In this document: one piece after another, positions 20,710 through 29,823 of the stretch
How the letters are laid out: each line of letters begins with the position of its first letter
How positions within the stretch are numbered: the first letter of the stretch is position 1
Assembly: GCA_041639675.1 (NCBI GenBank)
Contig: JBEQBS010000001.1
Coordinates: 1-61,654 of the forward strand
Source: Rubritepida sp.
GTDB lineage: Bacteria > Pseudomonadota > Alphaproteobacteria > Acetobacterales > Acetobacteraceae
DNA: 61,654 bases
Direction of reading: 5' to 3'
Notes under the pieces: generated by a model
Database searches by the model: none
The model's input: the letters and a program-made list of their open reading frames with translations, nothing else
What the model was told of the DNA's origin: nothing
Translations under genes and position numbers: made by a program

Positions 20710-22161
20710 TCAGTCCGGCAAGAGCTGGCCGGGATTCAGGATCCCCCGCGGATCCAGCATCGTCTTCGCGGCGCGCATCAGGGCCAGCTCCGCCGGCGGC
20801 TTCTGCTGCGCCATCTCGGCTCGGTGCAGCTGGCCGATGCCGTGCTCCGCGCTGATCGTCCCGCCCATCCGCCAGACCACCTCATGCACCGCATGCTCCA
20901 CCCCCGTGCGGCGGGTGGAGAAGACGGCCGGGTCGGCACCCTCAGGCTGGCAGACGGAGACATGAAGATTGCCGTCGCCCAGATGGCCGAAGACGAACAG
21001 CCTTGCGCCGGGCGCGGCACGCAGGACAGGCGGGGCCAGCGCTTCGGCCATGGTCGTCACTTGTCCCACAGGAACAGCGAGGTCGAACCTGAAGGAGAGG
21101 CCTAGCAGGCGGTGCGCCTCCGAGAAGGCATCGCGGAGGGCCCACAACCGCGCTTCCTGCGCGCCGGACTGCGGCAGCACCCCGTCACACGCCGCCCCCT
21201 CATCCATCGCAGCGGCCGCGATCGCTTCGGCCAGAGCCGCCACCGGCTCCTCGCCGGCGAGTTGGAGCAGCACGTTCCACTCGCGATCCGGCGCCATCGG
21301 GGCAGGGCCACCGAGGATCTGGGCCGCGAGGGCCAGGCCCATGCCAGGCACGAGTTCCAGGGCGCTCAGGAGGGAGCCACCTCGACGCAGCGCGATCTCG
21401 GCGACGCGGTTCGCGGCCGAGAGGTCAGGAAGGGCGAGGAGGAGGCTGGCGACGTGGGTCTCCGGGGGATGAAGGCGCAGGCACGCCGCGGTGACGACGC
21501 CGTGGGTGCCCTCCGTGCCGATGAAGAGGTGCTTCACGTCGAGGCCGGAATTGTCCTTCCGCAACGCGCGCAATCCGTCCCACAGCGTGCCATCGGCGAG
21601 CACCACCTCCAGCCCCAGCACCTGCTCGCGCATGGCGCCGTACCGGAGCACGCCCATGCCACCAGCGTTGGTGCCGATGAGTCCGCCGATGCGGGCCGTG
21701 TCGCGGGCTCCGAGGTCGAGGCCGAAGTGGCGGCCGGCGGCCCGCGCGGCAGCCTGCACGGCGCCAAGGGTGCAGCCGGCTTCCACGACGAGGTTCCAGC
21801 CCGCCGCATCCACCCGCCGGATGCGGTCCATGGCCGAAAGGTTCAGCACCACCGCCGGGGGAAATCCGGCGGCGGGCACGCTTGCCCCGCACATGCTGGA
21901 ATTGCCGCCCTGCGGCACCACGGGCACGCCGAGGCCATGGCATGCTCGCAGCACGGCCTGCACCTCCCGCACGGTCCGGGGCCGCGCGAGGGCCAACCCC
22001 TCCCCCCGATGCCAGCCACGCCAGTCCCTCAAGTGAGGCGCGAGGATGTCCGCATCCGTGACGACGATGGAAGGCGGAACACCCTCTCCCGCCAGGTGCG
22101 CACGGAGGGCATCCACGGCGCCGGGAGGGGCCATCGCGGGCGATGAGGCGGAAAGGCTCAC
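20710..22161 (-). CDS. FAD-linked oxidase (GlcD/D-2-hydroxyacid dehydrogenase family)
   Basis: PQGGNS, TNAGG, LRKDNSG, FIGTEGT, FGHLGDGNLH, SAEHGIG, DPRGILNPG; GTG overlaps the upstream stop. Confidence 0.92.
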   Translation of the reverse strand: MSLSASSPAMAPPGAVDALRAHLAGEGVPPSIVVTDADILAPHLRDWRGWHRGEGLALARPRTVREVQAVLRACHGLGVPVVPQGGNSSMCGASVPAAGFPPAVVLNLSAMDRIRRVDAAGWNLVVEAGCTLGAVQAAARAAGRHFGLDLGARDTARIGGLIGTNAGGMGVLRYGAMREQVLGLEVVLADGTLWDGLRALRKDNSGLDVKHLFIGTEGTHGVVTAACLRLHPPETHVASLLLALPDLSAANRVAEIALRRGGSLLSALELVPGMGLALAAQILGGPAPMAPDREWNVLLQLAGEEPVAALAEAIAAAAMDEGAACDGVLPQSGAQEARLWALRDAFSEAHRLLGLSFRFDLAVPVGQVTTMAEALAPPVLRAAPGARLFVFGHLGDGNLHVSVCQPEGADPAVFSTRRTGVEHAVHEVVWRMGGTISAEHGIGQLHRAEMAQQKPPAELALMRAAKTMLDPRGILNPGQLLPD

Positions 22162-23114
22162 TCCACCCGCCTCATCGTCCCGAGGACTGCCCTCCACCGA
22201 TCGGACTCGCTCGCGAGGAAGCGGGAGAAGTCCTCCTCCCCAAGGAACGACGGCTCGGCTGCGAGGGCGAGGATGCCGCGTTCCGTCTCTGCCTCGGCAA
22301 TGACCTCCCCGGCCGCGTGGGAGACCTGCCGACGCATCGCGTCCGACAGGCCTGCCGGACCGAAGAGGCCCAGCCAGGCCGTGACGGAGTAGTTCGGCAC
22401 CGCCGTCTCCGCCACCGTCGGGATGGAAGGCGCGAGCTTGGAGCGCTGTGGGCTGGTCACGGCGATCGCGACCACCGTCCCGGCCTGGATGTGGGCCTGG
22501 GCGGAAGTGAGATCCACGCTCGCCAACGGCAAGGTGCCCGCCAGAACGTCCGTCACTGCCGGCGCGCTGCCGCGATACGGAATGTGGACGAGGTTGGCCC
22601 CGGTGGCCTGGGCCAGCGTGACCACGGCGAGGTGCTGCGAGCTGTTGGTGCCGGTGGTGCCGTAGCTCAGCCCCGCGCTGCCCGCCTTGGACCGCGCGAT
22701 CACCTCCGGCAGGGTCCTCAGGCCGGTGCTGGTGCCTGCGATGATGACAACCGGGATGTCGGCCACGCGCGCAAGCGGCGCGAGCTGCCGAAGCGGATCG
22801 AATGGCTGCGCATCGGGCGCATGCGGGCTGATGACGACCGCGCCCGTTGCCCCGAAGCCCAGCGTGCCGCCATCCGCCGCCGCCCTCGCGAGGGCGGTGA
22901 GGCCGAGGGTGCCCCCGGCGCCGGGCCGGTTGTCGGCGACGAAGTTGCGGTCGAGCCGTGGGCCGAGGCCTGCCGCCAGCAGCCGCGCCACGCCGTCCGC
23001 GGAGGCGCCCGCGGCGAATGGTATGATCATCTGCCCCGGCCGGCGCGCGCCCTGTGCCCGGGCCGCGAAGGGCAGCGCAGCGACCGTTGCCAGCACGTTT
23101 CGTCTCGTCACCAT
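22158..23114 (-). CDS. Bug/TctC substrate-binding protein
   Basis: Tat-like TRRNVL leader, PFAAGASAD, DNRPGAGG, HIPYRG, PSIPT. Confidence 0.92.
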   Translation of the reverse strand: MVTRRNVLATVAALPFAARAQGARRPGQMIIPFAAGASADGVARLLAAGLGPRLDRNFVADNRPGAGGTLGLTALARAAADGGTLGFGATGAVVISPHAPDAQPFDPLRQLAPLARVADIPVVIIAGTSTGLRTLPEVIARSKAGSAGLSYGTTGTNSSQHLAVVTLAQATGANLVHIPYRGSAPAVTDVLAGTLPLASVDLTSAQAHIQAGTVVAIAVTSPQRSKLAPSIPTVAETAVPNYSVTAWLGLFGPAGLSDAMRRQVSHAAGEVIAEAETERGILALAAEPSFLGEEDFSRFLASESDRWRAVLGTMRRVE

Positions 23115-23188
23115 TCTTCCGTTCCCTTCCACTTGGCGTTGGCGGCCGTCCCGCCTGGCAGCGTTCGACGCCTCCCCGGCGGACTGGA

Positions 23189-23818
23189 TCAGTCCACGAA
23201 GAAGGGCGTCTCCTCCTCAGGCGTTCCGCGGAGCAGGAGGTCGAAGCGGAATCGGCGGACGCCGCCCTGTTCACCGTCCTCCGCCGCGACGAGGCGTTGG
23301 CGCAGGCCGTCTTCCGGCAGCGCCAGGAGCACCGGGTCCGACGCGTTTGCGGCGGCGAAGCCCGGGAAGAAGACAGTGGTGACGAGACGGCGCATGATGC
23401 CCGACCCGAGGATCGCCAGGTTCACGTGCGGCGCGCGCGATCCGGCCGCATCGGGGAAGCCGCCGGGCATCACCGTATGGAACTCGAAATGGCCGGTCTC
23501 ATCGGTCCAGGCGCGACCCCAGCCGAGGAAGTCCGGATCGGCCTGCGCATGTCCCGGATCGAGAGGATGGCGGAACCGGCCGCCGGCATCGGCCTGCCAC
23601 GCCTCCAGCACCGCATTGACGCAGGGGCCGCCTCCGTCCTCCAGCACCCGCCCATGCAGGATGATGCGCTCCCCGCGGGCGGTGGGCTCCGCAGCGGGGT
23701 GGAGGCGCGTGAGGTCGTTGTCCCCCTCCTTGAAGAAGGTACGCGGGAAGAAGGGGCCGATCGTGTGCCAGCCCATGGCGGCCAGCGGCTCGTTGGGCCG
23801 GCTCGTCTCGATGCTCAT
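23189..23818 (-). CDS. pcaG: Protocatechuate 3,4-dioxygenase alpha subunit-like
   Basis: TIGPFF, GRVL, LEAWQADAGG, FLGWGR, TVMPG, APHVN, DPVL, ETPFF; ATGA-coupled to pcaH. Confidence 0.88.
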   Translation of the reverse strand: MSIETSRPNEPLAAMGWHTIGPFFPRTFFKEGDNDLTRLHPAAEPTARGERIILHGRVLEDGGGPCVNAVLEAWQADAGGRFRHPLDPGHAQADPDFLGWGRAWTDETGHFEFHTVMPGGFPDAAGSRAPHVNLAILGSGIMRRLVTTVFFPGFAAANASDPVLLALPEDGLRQRLVAAEDGEQGGVRRFRFDLLLRGTPEEETPFFVD

Positions 23819-24528
23819 GCCTCCCCCGGCGTCGCATGGCGGCCGCGGAGCACGAAACGGTGACGGTAGGCGAGCCATTCGCCTTCCACCTCCTCCGTCG
23901 GCACCTCACGCGCGACGAGGCGCTCGCGCGCCGCGGGATCGGGCAGCGAGTTCAGGAGCCTGTCATGGGCATTCAGGGGATCGCCCGGGAAATACATCTG
24001 CGTCACCAGCCGCGAGAGGCTGCCGGGGCCGAGGATGGAGAAATGCACGTGGGGCGGACGCCACCAACGGCCGGAGTTCGGCACGGGGTAGGCCCCCGGA
24101 CGGATGGTGAAGAAGGCGTACTCCCCTTCCTCGCCTGTCAAGGCACGGCCATTGCCGACGAAGTTAGGGTCCAGCGGGGCATCACGCTGGTCCAGCGGGT
24201 TGAAGTAGCGGCCGGCGGCATTGGCCTGCCAGATCTCGACGATGGCGTTGCGCACCGGGCGCCCGTCTTCGTCCAGCACGCGTCCGGAGATGTGGACGAG
24301 CTGCCCGAGCGCGGCGTGCCCGTCGCGCGACACGGCGAGGTTGCTGTCGCCCGGAAGGAGCTTTCCCGCGAGGTCGAGGGGGCCGGTAAGTTCCGTCCGC
24401 GTCACGGGACGTCGGAACAGGGGGCGCGAGGGGTGCCGGCGCACCGTGTTCGGGTAGCCGGCGATCGGCACCTGGGGTTGCCCGGCCTCGTCATATGGCA
24501 AGAAGCGGTCGGGAAGGCCGTTCAGCAT
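23815..24528 (-). CDS. pcaH: Protocatechuate 3,4-dioxygenase beta subunit-like
   Basis: TELTGP, GRVLDEDGRPV, EIWQANAAGRY, DPNF, PGAYP, WRPPHVHFS (Fe ligands Y,Y,H,H), TQMYFPGDP. Confidence 0.92.
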   Translation of the reverse strand: MLNGLPDRFLPYDEAGQPQVPIAGYPNTVRRHPSRPLFRRPVTRTELTGPLDLAGKLLPGDSNLAVSRDGHAALGQLVHISGRVLDEDGRPVRNAIVEIWQANAAGRYFNPLDQRDAPLDPNFVGNGRALTGEEGEYAFFTIRPGAYPVPNSGRWWRPPHVHFSILGPGSLSRLVTQMYFPGDPLNAHDRLLNSLPDPAARERLVAREVPTEEVEGEWLAYRHRFVLRGRHATPGEA

Positions 24529-24619
24529 CGGGCGCCCCCCCGTGCCAAGTCCGTGCAACACCGCATGACCACGCCCTCCCGTCCATCGCCGCGCTCGAAG
24601 GGACGTATGCGCAGTTTTG

Positions 24620-24634
24620 GTTGATTTTGTCAAC
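24620..24634. promoter_or_regulatory. Operator palindrome, copy 1
   Basis: GTTGATTTTGTCAAC upstream of pcaH. Confidence 0.7.
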
Positions 24635-24862
24635 GATCAACTCCGCGCCCAGGTCGGAAGCAGGCTGGCCGGACCGTTGGAGCCAGGAGTGATGCCTATG
24701 CCATCCCGCCGCGGATCGGGAACGTGTCGCCGCCTGTTGCGCACCCCGGGTGAATCGCCTGGAAAACGCGAGCGCGACGCTCAAGCCGACCCGCGCGAGG
24801 CGCACCCGTCGACGACCGGAAACCGCCTGGAATTCGGAACGCTTTCCGGACCAGGCATTTCG

Positions 24863-24877
24863 GTTGACTTTGTCAAC
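24863..24877. promoter_or_regulatory. Operator palindrome, copy 2
   Basis: GTTGACTTTGTCAAC upstream of the Bug gene at 24961. Confidence 0.75.
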
Positions 24878-24960
24878 TTACCTGTCTAGCGTCCCGGCCA
24901 GGAGTAGCCGGCGCCCTACCGAGCCTTGGTGGAGGCCGATCGTCTCGCGGAGGAAGCGTC

Positions 24961-25935
24961 ATGAAGTTGGCCCGTCGGGCAGTGCTGGGCGTCGTTGCCG
25001 CACCGCTGGTGTCTGCCCGCGCGCATGCGCAGGCGGCCGTCTATCCGGACCGTCCGGTGCGCGTCATCATCCCCTACGGGCCGGGCGGCACGAACGACAT
25101 CGTCGGCCGCATCCTCGCGCAGAAGCTCGGCGAGGCGATGAACCAGCCATTCGTGGTGGAGAACCGTCCCGGCGCCCAGGCGATCGTGGGAACAGAAGCG
25201 GCGGTCCGCGCCCGGCCAGACGGCTACACCCTCCTGATCGGCGCGAGCGGCCCCATCGTGTTCAACCCGGCGACGAGCGACCGGCTCAGCTACGATCCCC
25301 TCGCCGACCTCGTTCCCATCACGAAGCTCGTCACCTTCCCCTTGGTGCTGCTCGTCAACGCGACTTCCCCCCACCGCACGCTGGCGGACCTCATCACCTT
25401 CGCCAGGGCAAACCCTGGCAGGGTCAACTACGCGACCCCCGCAACAAGCTTCCAGCTCGCGACGGAATTGTTCAACCAGCGGGCCGGAACGCGCTTCCAG
25501 CACGTCTCCTACCGCGGCTCCTCCGACTGCGTCACGGCCCTCGTCCGCGACGAGGTGACGATGACGATGATTGATCCGGCACCTGCCATGGGGGGCATCG
25601 CCGCCGGGCAGATCCGCGCCCTCGCCGTCACGTCGCCCGAGCGTGTCGGCGCCTTGCCCCACGTGCCGACGATGAAGGAACTGGGCCTTCCGGATGTCGA
25701 GGCCGTCCTGTGGAGCGGGCTGTTCGCGCCGGCACGCACGCCGCCCGAGGTCGTGCAGCGCCTGAATGGTGCCGCGGTCAGCAGCCTGGCCATGCCCGAC
25801 GTGCGCGAGCGCCTCGCGCGTCTCCTGCTCGATCCCGCCCCGACGACCCCGGAGGCCTTCCGCGCGACGATCGCCCGAGAGATCGCCCTCTGGCGCGGCG
25901 TGGCGAGGGCGGCGAACGTCCAGCTGGAGCTGTAG
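24961..25935 (+). CDS. Bug/TctC substrate-binding protein
   Basis: ARRAVLG leader, YPDRPVRVIIPYGPGGTND, VENRPGA, PDGYTLL, YRGS. Confidence 0.93.
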   Translation: MKLARRAVLGVVAAPLVSARAHAQAAVYPDRPVRVIIPYGPGGTNDIVGRILAQKLGEAMNQPFVVENRPGAQAIVGTEAAVRARPDGYTLLIGASGPIVFNPATSDRLSYDPLADLVPITKLVTFPLVLLVNATSPHRTLADLITFARANPGRVNYATPATSFQLATELFNQRAGTRFQHVSYRGSSDCVTALVRDEVTMTMIDPAPAMGGIAAGQIRALAVTSPERVGALPHVPTMKELGLPDVEAVLWSGLFAPARTPPEVVQRLNGAAVSSLAMPDVRERLARLLLDPAPTTPEAFRATIAREIALWRGVARAANVQLEL

Positions 25936-26021
25936 CAAGGCCGCCGCGCTCCAGCGGCAGGCGTCAACGATCTGCGCGGGCACGCGCGGGTTCCCGGCAA
26001 GACACGGCAGCGAGGACAGGC

Positions 26022-26435
26022 ATGCTCCGGTACGGTTTCCTCCCTAGCGACTACAACCCGATGGTGCTGATGCTCGGGGACGTGGATGACCTCCGCCGCC
26101 TCGGCGCGACGCTCCGGGCGTTCGCCGCGGATCCTGGCGAGAAGGCCTTCGACGACCTCGACTTCGCGGTGCCGGATGCCGGCACCCGCATCATCATGCG
26201 TGTGGCACGGGAGCAGCGGGGCATGCGCCGCCCGGGCGCCGACGCACCCCTGGAGTGGCACCTATCCCCCGAGGCCGCGCGCGGTTTCGCGGACCAGATC
26301 GAAGTCCTGACCGCCCCCGACTGCAGGTCGGGATCCGAGATGCTTGGACCGGACGCGGTGAACGTCCGCGAAGGGATCCCCGTCAAGGTATCCCGCGGCG
26401 AGTTTGTGGACAGCTTTCTCATTACGGAGCGATAG
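26022..26435 (+). CDS. Hypothetical protein
   Basis: GAGGA RBS + ATG; protein-like composition (MLRYGFLPSDYNP...PVKVSRGEF); no family recognised. Confidence 0.65.
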   Translation: MLRYGFLPSDYNPMVLMLGDVDDLRRLGATLRAFAADPGEKAFDDLDFAVPDAGTRIIMRVAREQRGMRRPGADAPLEWHLSPEAARGFADQIEVLTAPDCRSGSEMLGPDAVNVREGIPVKVSRGEFVDSFLITER

Positions 26436-26670
26436 AGGCCTTGCATATGGCCTCGTACCCGCTTGACATGCGGATATGGGGTCTATAATCAATTGTTTTA
26501 TGATTTTGTTGTCCGATCTATGGACACATTGTCGGCGAAGGCGGTAGGATCGGGACACGCTTGCCGGTTTCGATCGCGGGATTTTGAGGCCCTCGGGCGC
26601 ACTCCCAGGGTCGGCACCCGATGAGTTCGACCAGGACGTCGTGGTTGCAGATGGAGAAGGGAGAGGCAGG

Positions 26671-28020
26671 ATGAGCGACGCAGCCAGCAATCAGTGGGTG
26701 GACACGAAGCGCGGCTTCATCAGCCGCGACATCTTCGTGGATCCACAGGTCTACAAGCTCGAGCTCGAGAAGCTGTTCACGCGCGCTTGGCTCTTCGTGG
26801 GACACGAGAGCCAGATCCCCAACAACGGCGACTTCTTCACGAGCCGGATGGGCGAGGAGTCGGTGATTCTCTGCCGCGACAAGAAGGGCGAGGTCCACGT
26901 CTTCCTGAACTCCTGCCGCCATCGCGGGATGAAGGTCTGCCGCTACGAGCAGGGCAACACGTCCCTCTTCACCTGTCCGTACCACAGCTGGACCTACGCC
27001 ACGGACGGCAAGCTTCAGGGCGTGCCGCAATACAAGACGCTGTACGATGGCGTGCTGGACCGCTCCGAGCACTCGCTCATCGAGGTGCCGCGAATGGTGA
27101 GGTACAAGGGCACCGTCTGGGCGTCGTGGGACGCCCAGGCACCCGACTTCTTCGAGTACCTGGGCGACGTGAAGCAGCACCTCGACCAGGCCCTCGATTG
27201 CCGGGACGGGCGTGAGGGCGGGTCGGAGGTGATCGGGGTCCACAAGTGGATCATTCCGGCGAACTGGAAGCTGGCCGCCGAGAATTTCCTCGGCGATACC
27301 TACCACAATCCCAGCCACCGCTCGGTGGATCTCATCGGCATCGGTCCGAGCGCGGCCGCCGGCGTGAAGGGCCGCCGCGACGACGAGCTGGCGAAGGCCA
27401 AGCATGTCTGGGTCAGCTTCATGCAGGGGCACGGCGTCCACAGCGCCATCGCGCCGGAGCAGAACGAGTACGTGAACTCCTTCCTCAGCGACCCGGAGAT
27501 CGAGGAGTACTTCCGGCACTGCTTCGAGGAACGGAAGCGCCGCCTGGGCGAGCAGGCGCGGCTCCTGCCCTTCACCGGCACGATCTTCCCGAACACCTCC
27601 TACCACGGCCGCCAGCCGCGCGGCCTCTGTGCCTGGCATCCCCACAGCCCCACGGAAACCGAGGCGTGGCGCTTCTTCCTCGTGGATGCCGACGCACCTG
27701 CGCAGGTGAAGGAGTACCTGCGGCACTACTACATGCGCTACTCCGGCCCGGCTGGCATGACGGAGCAGGACGACATGGAGAACTGGCTCTACGCGACGCG
27801 CGCCAGCATGGGCACCATCGCGCGGCGGCATCCGTTCAACTACCAGCAGTCCATGCACGTGTCGAAGATGAACGACCTGGTGCCCGGCAACGTCAGCCTC
27901 CAGCCGACGGAGGAAATGGCGCGCGGCTACTACCGTGCGTGGAGCCGTTACCTGAACGACAGCGACTGGGACGTCATCCTCGGCAGGGATGGCGGCGCCC
28001 AGGCAGCGGCGGCCGAGTAG
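26671..28020 (+). CDS. Rieske ring-hydroxylating dioxygenase alpha subunit
   Basis: Rieske CRHRG...CPYHSW; mononuclear Fe site NWKLAAENFLGDTYH..SH and EQDD.ENW. Confidence 0.96.
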   Translation: MSDAASNQWVDTKRGFISRDIFVDPQVYKLELEKLFTRAWLFVGHESQIPNNGDFFTSRMGEESVILCRDKKGEVHVFLNSCRHRGMKVCRYEQGNTSLFTCPYHSWTYATDGKLQGVPQYKTLYDGVLDRSEHSLIEVPRMVRYKGTVWASWDAQAPDFFEYLGDVKQHLDQALDCRDGREGGSEVIGVHKWIIPANWKLAAENFLGDTYHNPSHRSVDLIGIGPSAAAGVKGRRDDELAKAKHVWVSFMQGHGVHSAIAPEQNEYVNSFLSDPEIEEYFRHCFEERKRRLGEQARLLPFTGTIFPNTSYHGRQPRGLCAWHPHSPTETEAWRFFLVDADAPAQVKEYLRHYYMRYSGPAGMTEQDDMENWLYATRASMGTIARRHPFNYQQSMHVSKMNDLVPGNVSLQPTEEMARGYYRAWSRYLNDSDWDVILGRDGGAQAAAAE

Positions 28021-28819
28021 CCGCGCCGTGGTCGTCATCGTGACCGGCGGGACCTTCGGGATCGGCCGATCCATCACCCTCGCTCTTGCCGCGCGCGGCC
28101 ACCAAGTGGTCGCCTTCGGTCTCGAGGCGCGGCAGGTTTCGAGCATCGCCGAGAATGCGATCGCTTCCTTGCGCGCCGAACTGGCCGATCGCGGCCACGA
28201 CGCGGAGGTCATGGAGGCCGATGTCTCGCGGGCTGAGGACGTCCAGAGAGTGGTGGACGGCGCGCTCCACCGCTTCGGGCGGATCGACGCGCTGGTGAAC
28301 AACGCCGCCATCGGCCCCCTCGGCACGGTGCTCGACACGGACGAGGCTCTGTGGGACCGCATCATGGCGGTGAACGTGAAGGGGCCTTACCTCTGCGCGC
28401 GCGCTGTGCTCCCGCACATGATCCGGCAGGGTGGCGGCCGCATCGTAAACGTCGGCTCCGGCGCGGGGTACGGCAAGCCGAACATGGCCGCCTATGCCGC
28501 GAGCAAGGGTGCCCTGCACACGCTGACCTCCGCCCTCGCCTACGACCATTTTCACGACAGGATCTGCGTCAACACGGTGATCCCGGGCGGTGGCGGCATC
28601 GTCAGCGGCATGAGCCTCGGCCGCGTCGGCGGGGACACCAGCAGGTTCGGGCGGGGCGTGCCGGGCACGGCCGCCGGGCGGGTCGCGACCGGGGAGGACC
28701 TGGCCAAGGCGGTCGCCTTCCTCCTTTCCGACGACGCCGCGGTGATTTCCGGGACGGTGATCGACGTGGGCTGTTTCGCCCAGCAGGGCGGCCCGATTCC
28801 GCAGAAGCCGAACGCTTGA
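27989..28819 (+). CDS. SDR-family oxidoreductase (possible cis-dihydrodiol dehydrogenase)
   Basis: TGGTFGIG, LVNNA, NVGS, YAASK; start uncertain (ATG 27989 or GTG 28028). Confidence 0.88.
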   Translation: MAAPRQRRPSSRAVVVIVTGGTFGIGRSITLALAARGHQVVAFGLEARQVSSIAENAIASLRAELADRGHDAEVMEADVSRAEDVQRVVDGALHRFGRIDALVNNAAIGPLGTVLDTDEALWDRIMAVNVKGPYLCARAVLPHMIRQGGGRIVNVGSGAGYGKPNMAAYAASKGALHTLTSALAYDHFHDRICVNTVIPGGGGIVSGMSLGRVGGDTSRFGRGVPGTAAGRVATGEDLAKAVAFLLSDDAAVISGTVIDVGCFAQQGGPIPQKPNA

Positions 28820-28838
28820 ACGAAGGGGACGGAAGCGC

Positions 28839-29405
28839 ATGAGCGAGGTGATCACAGCCAGCCGCCCGAAGCGGAGCCTGGCCTGGTACGAGTTGAAGCA
28901 GGAGGTCGAGGAGTTCCTCTACGCCGAGGTGGACCTCCTCGACGAACGGCGCTTCGAGGACTGGCTGGACCTCCTCGCCGAGGACATCGTCTACTTCATG
29001 CCGATGCGGCGCAACGTGAAGTTCGGCCAGCATGCGGAGCGCGAGAACACGAAGCTCGGTGCCGGCATCAGCTGGTTCGACGAGGACAAGTGGACGCTCA
29101 CGAAGCGCGTCGAGCAGATCCTGACGGGCGTGCACTACGCCGAGGAACCGCTCTCGCGCGTTTGTCACATCATCAGCAACGTCCAGCTCCTCGAGGTGAC
29201 TCCCTCGGCCGAGGAGCCGCAGGAGGTGAAGGTGAAGAGCCGCTTCCTCGTCTACCAGAACCGCGTCGAGCACGAGACCTACACCCTCATCGGGAAGCGG
29301 ACGGATGTCCTGCGGCGGCACGGGGACAGCTGGCAGGTCGCCAAGCGCGAGATCATCCTGGACCAGAACGTCCTGCTGGCGAAGAACCTGACGATGTTCT
29401 TCTGA
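28839..29405 (+). CDS. Ring-hydroxylating dioxygenase beta subunit
   Basis: FLYAEVDLLDERRFEDWL, YFMP, AEEPLSR..SNV, R.D.LRR, KREIILDQNVLLAKNL. Confidence 0.95.
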   Translation: MSEVITASRPKRSLAWYELKQEVEEFLYAEVDLLDERRFEDWLDLLAEDIVYFMPMRRNVKFGQHAERENTKLGAGISWFDEDKWTLTKRVEQILTGVHYAEEPLSRVCHIISNVQLLEVTPSAEEPQEVKVKSRFLVYQNRVEHETYTLIGKRTDVLRRHGDSWQVAKREIILDQNVLLAKNLTMFF

Positions 29406-29426
29406 ACGGGCAAGCGAAGGAACTCG

Positions 29427-29621
29427 ATGAACATGGTGAACATCTTCGACCTGAAGCCGGGTGACTCCATTCGCCTCAAGAACGGCAGCGTGTGCGAGGT
29501 GGTGGAGAACATGGAGGACGGGATGTGGGTCATGGTGCGCTACACCTCGTGCCCCAGCGATCCCTCCTTGGTCGGTGAGGAAGAGCTCTGCCACGCCGAG
29601 CAGGTGGTCGAGACGGTGTGA
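29427..29621 (+). CDS. Small hypothetical protein (64 aa)
   Basis: AAGGA RBS, 21 bp after the beta subunit, codon style like its neighbours. Confidence 0.65.
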   Translation: MNMVNIFDLKPGDSIRLKNGSVCEVVENMEDGMWVMVRYTSCPSDPSLVGEEELCHAEQVVETV

Positions 29622-29823
29622 GATGCCGCGCAACGACGCGCCATGGAGAATGAGGGCGCGTCGGGCGAGCCGTTCGGCTCTGGCGGTCCGGGTTGAGTGA
29701 GGCACCGCAGGTCCTCGGCCGGCAGGAACGAGACAGCCGTCGGGAAGAACGTACATCCGGTGCCGAAAAGGCAGGCGCCGGATCCTGATCAGCATTTCGT
29801 CAACGCAAAGGGAGGGGACCGAC

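Noticed and set aside
20710-23274. 854-aa fusion ORF, and other N-terminally extended ORFs (41-2068, 2975-4858, 45824-48154)
   Set aside because: The extensions overlap upstream genes in other frames and are low-complexity; real starts lie at RBS or stop-start overlaps
29790-29804. Additional operator copies near 29790, 32440 and 59825
   Set aside because: Only GTCAAC half-sites or wrong spacing, so not counted among the seven
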